Part shown: one piece after another, positions 62,201 through 64,000 of the stretch
Layout of the letters: each line of letters starts with the position of its first letter
Numbering within the stretch: position 1 is the stretch's first letter
Made by a program: the position numbers and the translations under genes
Notes under the pieces: generated by a model
What the model was told of the DNA's origin: nothing
The model's database searches: none
What the model saw: the letters and a program-made list of their open reading frames with translations, nothing else
Assembly (NCBI RefSeq): GCF_963921235.1
Contig: NC_086108.1
Location: 102,116,001 to 102,180,000, forward strand
DNA from: Mobula hypostoma
Lineage: Eukaryota
Direction: 5' to 3'
DNA length: 64,000 nt

Positions 62201-62966
62201 AAAGCATGCCAATGATTATACTTCGTTAGAAGTTCAGGAGATTTGGTATGTCTCAAAAGAACAAAAAAGATTTCTACTGATATATCATGACAAACGTTTG
62301 ATGGGTTTCACCACAGACTGGAATAGAGGCACCAATGCACAGGATCAGAAAGAGCTGCAGGGAGTTATAAACTCAACCAGCTCCATCATGGGCACTAACC
62401 CTCAGCTTAAAAGACATCTTCAAAAAGTGATAACTCAAGAACGCAGCATCCGTCATTAAGGACCCATACAGGACATGCCCTCGTCTCATTACTACCATCA
62501 GAGAGGTGTAGGGGAGCCTGAACACACACTCAGTGTTTGAGGAACAGTTTCTTCCCCGCTGTTATCAGATTATTTTTTATGGCCCATGAATCAATTGTTA
62601 TTTCTCTTTTACATTACTTTTTTATTTACTGTAACAGGCTTTTTTGACTTGCCGCAAAACAAAAAATGTCATGACGTATGTAATAATAAATCTGATTCCA
62701 ATGGTATTATACATTAAGATTTATGCCACAGAACATACAAGCATTAAGTCCCAGTGTGGATAACAGAATAGATGTTGAAAATAATAAAATGATGGAACCA
62801 GCTGTGCTATTGCTTCAGCTTTTACCTTCTCATAGGATTGTGTAGTTGGTCTTTGATAATGTGGTTCTGATATCCAAGTGATGGGCAATAAAATTTTCAC
62901 ATCTCGAAAATAAGCTCGCTGTTTAGTGGCAGCATACAGGAAAGATGAGGCTGAAGTTATCATCTC
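22816..62966 (-). CDS. CLCA: CLCA-family calcium-activated chloride channel regulator, membrane-anchored type; spliced gene, coding exons 2-14 in window, exon 1 outside
   Basis: 13 exons with AG acceptors and GT (one GC) donors join in one frame (141+151+106+157+225+225+178+107+222+271+168+237+470 = 2658 nt). Motifs: HEWAH, DDSGS (MIDAS), [32 protein letters not shown] and a C-terminal TM helix. Paralog identity is not assignable by eye. Confidence 0.96.
23875..24086. repeat. Palindromic Penelope pLTR derivative, older subfamily
   Basis: gaactcag..caggtagcatttatagaggggaataaacagtt / aactgtttattcccctcaataaatgctacctg..ctgagttc inverted arms. Confidence 0.7.
24560..24796 (-). CDS. CLCA: CLCA exon 13 (237 bp), start of FnIII-like domain
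   Basis: aag|GC ATC...AAT G|gtaatt; [11 protein letters not shown]...[12 protein letters not shown]...[13 protein letters not shown]...[14 protein letters not shown]. Confidence 0.94.
25060..25365 (-). mobile_element. tRNA-derived V-SINE (HE1-like)
   Basis: Core gaggaaaccagagcatctggaggagacccac and B-box-like GGTTCAATTCC; further copies at ~41030-41230, 42440-42912, 47160-47465 and 61155-61455. Confidence 0.65.
25784..26013 (+). mobile_element. tRNA-head SINE with RTE-type 3' end
   Basis: A box TGGTGTATAATGG, B box GAGTTCAAATC; 3' end ccatagggtcgccataagtcagcaatgaatcgatgccactgaacaa resembles RTE/BovB-dependent SINE tails. Confidence 0.6.
26054..28907. mobile_element. Palindromic composite: Tc1 3' half (-), Penelope pLTR (-), Penelope pLTR (+), Tc1 3' half (+)
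   Basis: TA|CAGTGGCATGCAAAAGTTTGGGCACCCC ... GGGGTGCCCAAACTTTTGTATGCCACTG|TA. Both arms encode [23 protein letters not shown]. Identical Tc1/pLTR junction on both arms. Confidence 0.9.
26949..26984 (-). ncRNA. Minimal type I hammerhead ribozyme motif (intact core)
   Basis: AGUU CUGACGA A GGGC-GUCG-GCCC GAAA CGUC^GACU. Confidence 0.75.
30272..30439 (-). CDS. CLCA: CLCA exon 12 (168 bp), contains the AMYIPG self-cleavage region
   Basis: tag|AC CCT...AAT G|gtaatg; [56 protein letters not shown]. Confidence 0.94.
31027..31254. mobile_element. Hairpin Penelope pLTR insertion with 13-bp TSD
   Basis: TSD atttgctctgttt (31014-31026, 31255-31267); ~85-bp inverted arms. Confidence 0.85.
31157..31196 (+). 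ncRNA. Minimal type I hammerhead ribozyme motif (intact core)
   Basis: ACAGUC CUGACGA A GGGU-CUCG-GCCU GAAA CGUC^GACUGU; 6-bp stem I. Confidence 0.75.
32425..32870 (-). mobile_element. Penelope-like element pLTR
   Basis: Near-identical to pLTRs of the 57527-59824 element. Confidence 0.85.
32524..32559 (-). ncRNA. Minimal type I hammerhead ribozyme motif (intact core)
   Basis: AGUC CUGACGA A GGGU-CUUG-GCCC GAAA CGUC^GACU. Confidence 0.78.
33115..34311 (+). mobile_element. Old CR1 RT fragment (resumes 36606-36770)
   Basis: [16 protein letters not shown]...KNFFSQRV, interrupted by a Rex/Babar element. Confidence 0.8.
34312..36605 (+). mobile_element. Rex1/Babar-like LINE, 5'-truncated
   Basis: [16 protein letters not shown] (EN end), [41 protein letters not shown]; (AATTC)n tail. 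Confidence 0.85.
36771..36903 (+). mobile_element. Internally deleted Penelope pLTR with hammerhead core (36808-36839)
   Basis: cctgacgaagggtctcggcccgaaacgtcgactg; 5' arm of stem I mostly lost. Confidence 0.75.
37135..38290 (-). mobile_element. Old CR1 3' fragment with solo LTR insertion
   Basis: CR1 3' UTR and RT end; resumes after 38256. Confidence 0.75.
37773..38256 (-). mobile_element. Solo LTR (484 bp), Gypsy-like
   Basis: T(A)TCAG...CTGACA termini; TSD tcttt/ccttt; interrupts CR1 at aaattaacctttag. Confidence 0.7.
38290..41000 (-). mobile_element. Degenerate Penelope-like element (RT, GIY-YIG, pLTR), older subfamily
   Basis: [32 protein letters not shown], and [29 protein letters not shown] (GIY-YIG); internal duplication around 39330-39650. 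Confidence 0.85.
38760..38963. mobile_element. Short solo LTR-like insertion (204 bp)
   Basis: TG...CA termini (TGTGTA.../...TACAACA); TSD gatat/gacat; interrupts Penelope sequence ccatggatagacatatc. Confidence 0.55.
41501..41771 (-). CDS. CLCA: CLCA exon 11 (271 bp)
   Basis: cag|ATT GGA...GCA G|gtaagc; [10 protein letters not shown]...[19 protein letters not shown]...[27 protein letters not shown]...LLDDGA. Confidence 0.94.
41865..42086 (-). CDS. CLCA: CLCA exon 10 (222 bp)
   Basis: cag|GTT GAA...GCA GAG|gtatgg; [34 protein letters not shown]...DPLG...RLAIPGTAE. Confidence 0.93.
42176..42282 (-). CDS. CLCA: CLCA exon 9 (107 bp)
   Basis: cag|GT GGT...ATC CAG|gtttgt; [36 protein letters not shown]. 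Confidence 0.93.
42658..42886. mobile_element. Hairpin Penelope pLTR insertion into a SINE, 13-16 bp TSD
   Basis: TSD ttgcactaactac (42642-42654, 42887-42899); ~90-bp inverted arms. Confidence 0.85.
42792..42827 (+). ncRNA. Minimal type I hammerhead ribozyme motif (GUU triplet)
   Basis: AGUC CUGAUGA A GGGU-CUCG-GCCU GAAA CGUU^GACU. Confidence 0.7.
45252..45429 (-). CDS. CLCA: CLCA exon 8 (178 bp), vWA; GC splice donor
   Basis: cag|GTA CTT...ATG ACA G|gcaagg; [59 protein letters not shown]. Confidence 0.9.
45512..45736 (-). CDS. CLCA: CLCA exon 7 (225 bp), vWA
   Basis: tag|TCA AAC...TTT CAG|gtaagt; [31 protein letters not shown]...[16 protein letters not shown]. Confidence 0.93.
45930..46535 (-). 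mobile_element. Old CR1 3' fragment
   Basis: Nucleotide similarity to 8830-9430. Confidence 0.75.
46677..46901 (-). CDS. CLCA: CLCA exon 6 (225 bp), start of vWA domain
   Basis: cag|GTG GTT...GGT GCG|gtatga; [31 protein letters not shown]...[14 protein letters not shown] (DxSxS MIDAS). Confidence 0.94.
47794..47950 (-). CDS. CLCA: CLCA exon 5 (157 bp), Cys-rich segment
   Basis: cag|G TGT...AAA GAT|gtaagt; [52 protein letters not shown]. Confidence 0.92.
48042..49380. mobile_element. Rearranged Penelope-like element (four segments in alternating orientation) including GIY-YIG
   Basis: pLTR (-), inverted pLTR piece (+), GIY-YIG region CKRKKCYTC...GVIC..C..CGLLYIG (-), inverted linker piece (+). 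Confidence 0.85.
48138..48173 (-). ncRNA. Hammerhead ribozyme motif, stem III palindrome broken
   Basis: AGUC CUGACGA A AGGU-CUCG-GCCU GAAA CAUC^GACU; stem II shows an A-U pair in place of G-C. Confidence 0.55.
49780..50530 (-). mobile_element. Old CR1 fragment
   Basis: [14 protein letters not shown]...[11 protein letters not shown]. Confidence 0.75.
51640..55146 (+). mobile_element. Degenerate Rex1/Babar-like LINE, interrupted by CR1 at 53017-54556
   Basis: [31 protein letters not shown]; resumes at 54557. Confidence 0.75.
53017..54556 (+). mobile_element. Young 5'-truncated CR1, same subfamily as 8593-12039; 446-aa open RT frame
   Basis: [28 protein letters not shown]; (GTTCTATG)n tail. 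Confidence 0.95.
56002..56107 (-). CDS. CLCA: CLCA exon 4 (106 bp), zincin HExxH catalytic exon
   Basis: tag|GT AAA...ACT GG|gtgagt; [36 protein letters not shown]. Not in the ORF track; read directly from sequence. Confidence 0.95.
57527..59824 (+). mobile_element. Penelope-like element with inverted terminal pLTRs and 15-bp TSD
   Basis: TSD tgagagaaaccataa (57512-57526, 59825-59839). RT motifs [43 protein letters not shown]-terminus deleted near 59218. Confidence 0.92.
59729..59764 (+). ncRNA. Minimal type I hammerhead ribozyme motif (core intact, one stem I mismatch)
   Basis: AGUC CUGACGA A GGGU-CUCG-GCCC GAAA CGUC^AACU. Confidence 0.65.
60833..60983 (-). CDS. CLCA: CLCA exon 3 (151 bp)
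   Basis: tag|GCT GAT...CGA G|gtaaca; [50 protein letters not shown]. Confidence 0.94.
62210..62700 (+). mobile_element. Old Rex1/Babar-like 3' fragment
   Basis: aggaacagtttcttccccgctgttatcaga motif (RNSFFP) and 3' UTR. Confidence 0.55.
62826..62966 (-). CDS. CLCA: CLCA coding exon 2 (141 bp)
   Basis: tag|GAG ATG...GAG AAG|gtaaaa; [47 protein letters not shown]. Confidence 0.93.
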
Positions 62967-63103
62967 CTAAAGGAAACATAATTTTAGCAATATTTTAGAA
63001 CATTTGGACAGAAAGGCTGCATATATCAGGATGCTCAGAATTCAACACCATCATCCCCCTCAAAACTAAACAATAATCTCCAAGACCTTGTCCTGAATAC
63101 CAT

Positions 63104-64000
63104 CTTTTTATCCCCCTGCTGGGGTATCGCCTGTCCATCACTTCAAACAGTTCAGGGTTCAAAGGGGGAGCCGCTCCAAACAGCTCTCTCTCTCCTCCGT
63201 CCCTTCATTACACATCTCCAGATCGCCTGTCCATCACTTCAAACAGTTCAGGGTTCAAAGGGGGAGCCGCTCTTGACAATACCCAGACTGATGGCTCCTT
63301 CATTAACACCTCCAAATGCTGCTTCATTGTGTGCCTTATCTCTCCCTCCCCTGAGGACAGGTGGCAGACCAACTGCTGATGCCACTGGTGCTATCCCAGG
63401 CCAGCAAACATCTTAATTTATGTGTATTCTCGTCACACTTCCCCCCTTTAAGGATTTTTACCGGGGTAAAAATTACAAACATGAGTACATTATTTGATAC
63501 ACACAAATATACATCTTTATCAGCTATTTGGCTAATACAGAGAATTTGAAGTTGTCAGCACCTTGACAGACAGTCAGTAATCACATCTTCCGTCCCTTTT
63601 ATATGTGTTATTAATAATCCCTTAGACCAGGCTCCAACTCAGCAAACTTCATACTGGCCAAAAACACTGATGAATTGCGATCAATGTAACCTCTCATTTG
63701 GTTTTGTCCCGGACCACAATAACAAGGGTCGTCCCATTCCAACTTAGTTTTCTCTCGCAAAGGCTTAGTAGGAGGGGGAGAGGTAGTGACCGCAGAGTTA
63801 TTGCAAAACTTCCTACGGTACCCCACCTTCTCCCAGAGCCTTCTGAGGGCCCTCTTGTCTGTCGGGGTTGGGAGGTCAGCGATAGCCTGCACTGTAGCTT
63901 ACATCGCTGCCAGCTGCCCCTGTGTCACCACAATTCCCAGGTAAGTGACCCTCGTGTGGCCGTATTCATTTTTTTCAAGGTTCGCTATCAAGTTGGCTTC
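63104..64000 (-). mobile_element. Gypsy LTR retrotransposon 3' end (pol remnant, PPT, partial 3' LTR), Gmr1-like organisation
   Basis: RT end VTYLG..V...AIADLPTPTDKRALRR; RNase H end ITHIKGTEDVITDCLSRC*; PPT AAGGGGGGAAG at 63438-63448; LTR starts TGTGACG at 63437. Confidence 0.85.

Noticed and set aside
1..64000. CRISPR arrays, rRNA, true tRNA genes or prokaryotic systems
   Set aside because: No regularly spaced repeats or rRNA; tRNA-like boxes occur only as SINE heads; the sequence is spliced vertebrate DNA

Overview
Eukaryotic, repeat-dense vertebrate genomic DNA. The repeat complement (abundant CR1, Penelope-like elements, Rex/Babar LINEs, HE1/V-SINE-like SINEs) suggests a cartilaginous fish, probably a ray; this is an inference. 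The only host gene I can support is a CLCA-family gene (calcium-activated chloride channel regulator, a self-cleaving zincin) on the minus strand. Thirteen coding exons, equivalent to vertebrate CLCA exons 2-14 (62966 down to stop at 22816), splice in frame to 2658 nt (885 aa plus stop). Exon 1 with the signal peptide lies beyond the right edge. The protein keeps the HExxH and vWA MIDAS motifs, has a C-terminal TM anchor, and one intron uses a GC donor. Most of the remaining sequence is transposon-derived, with some unassigned non-coding stretches. The most interesting non-genic signals are: (1) about 10 minimal hammerhead ribozyme motifs in Penelope pseudo-LTRs, several sense to the CLCA pre-mRNA; (2) ~200-230 bp hairpin Penelope derivatives that fold back at the hammerhead, two with long TSDs; (3) a 2.85 kb palindromic Tc1/Penelope composite with Tc1 ends and TA flanks; (4) a U_UUA_AAC slippery heptamer at the CR1 ORF1/ORF2 junction where ORF2 has no early AUG; (5) a Gmr1-like Gypsy remnant and its solo LTR; (6) a structured RTE-derived mini-element. 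All coordinates were read by eye and no searches were run.
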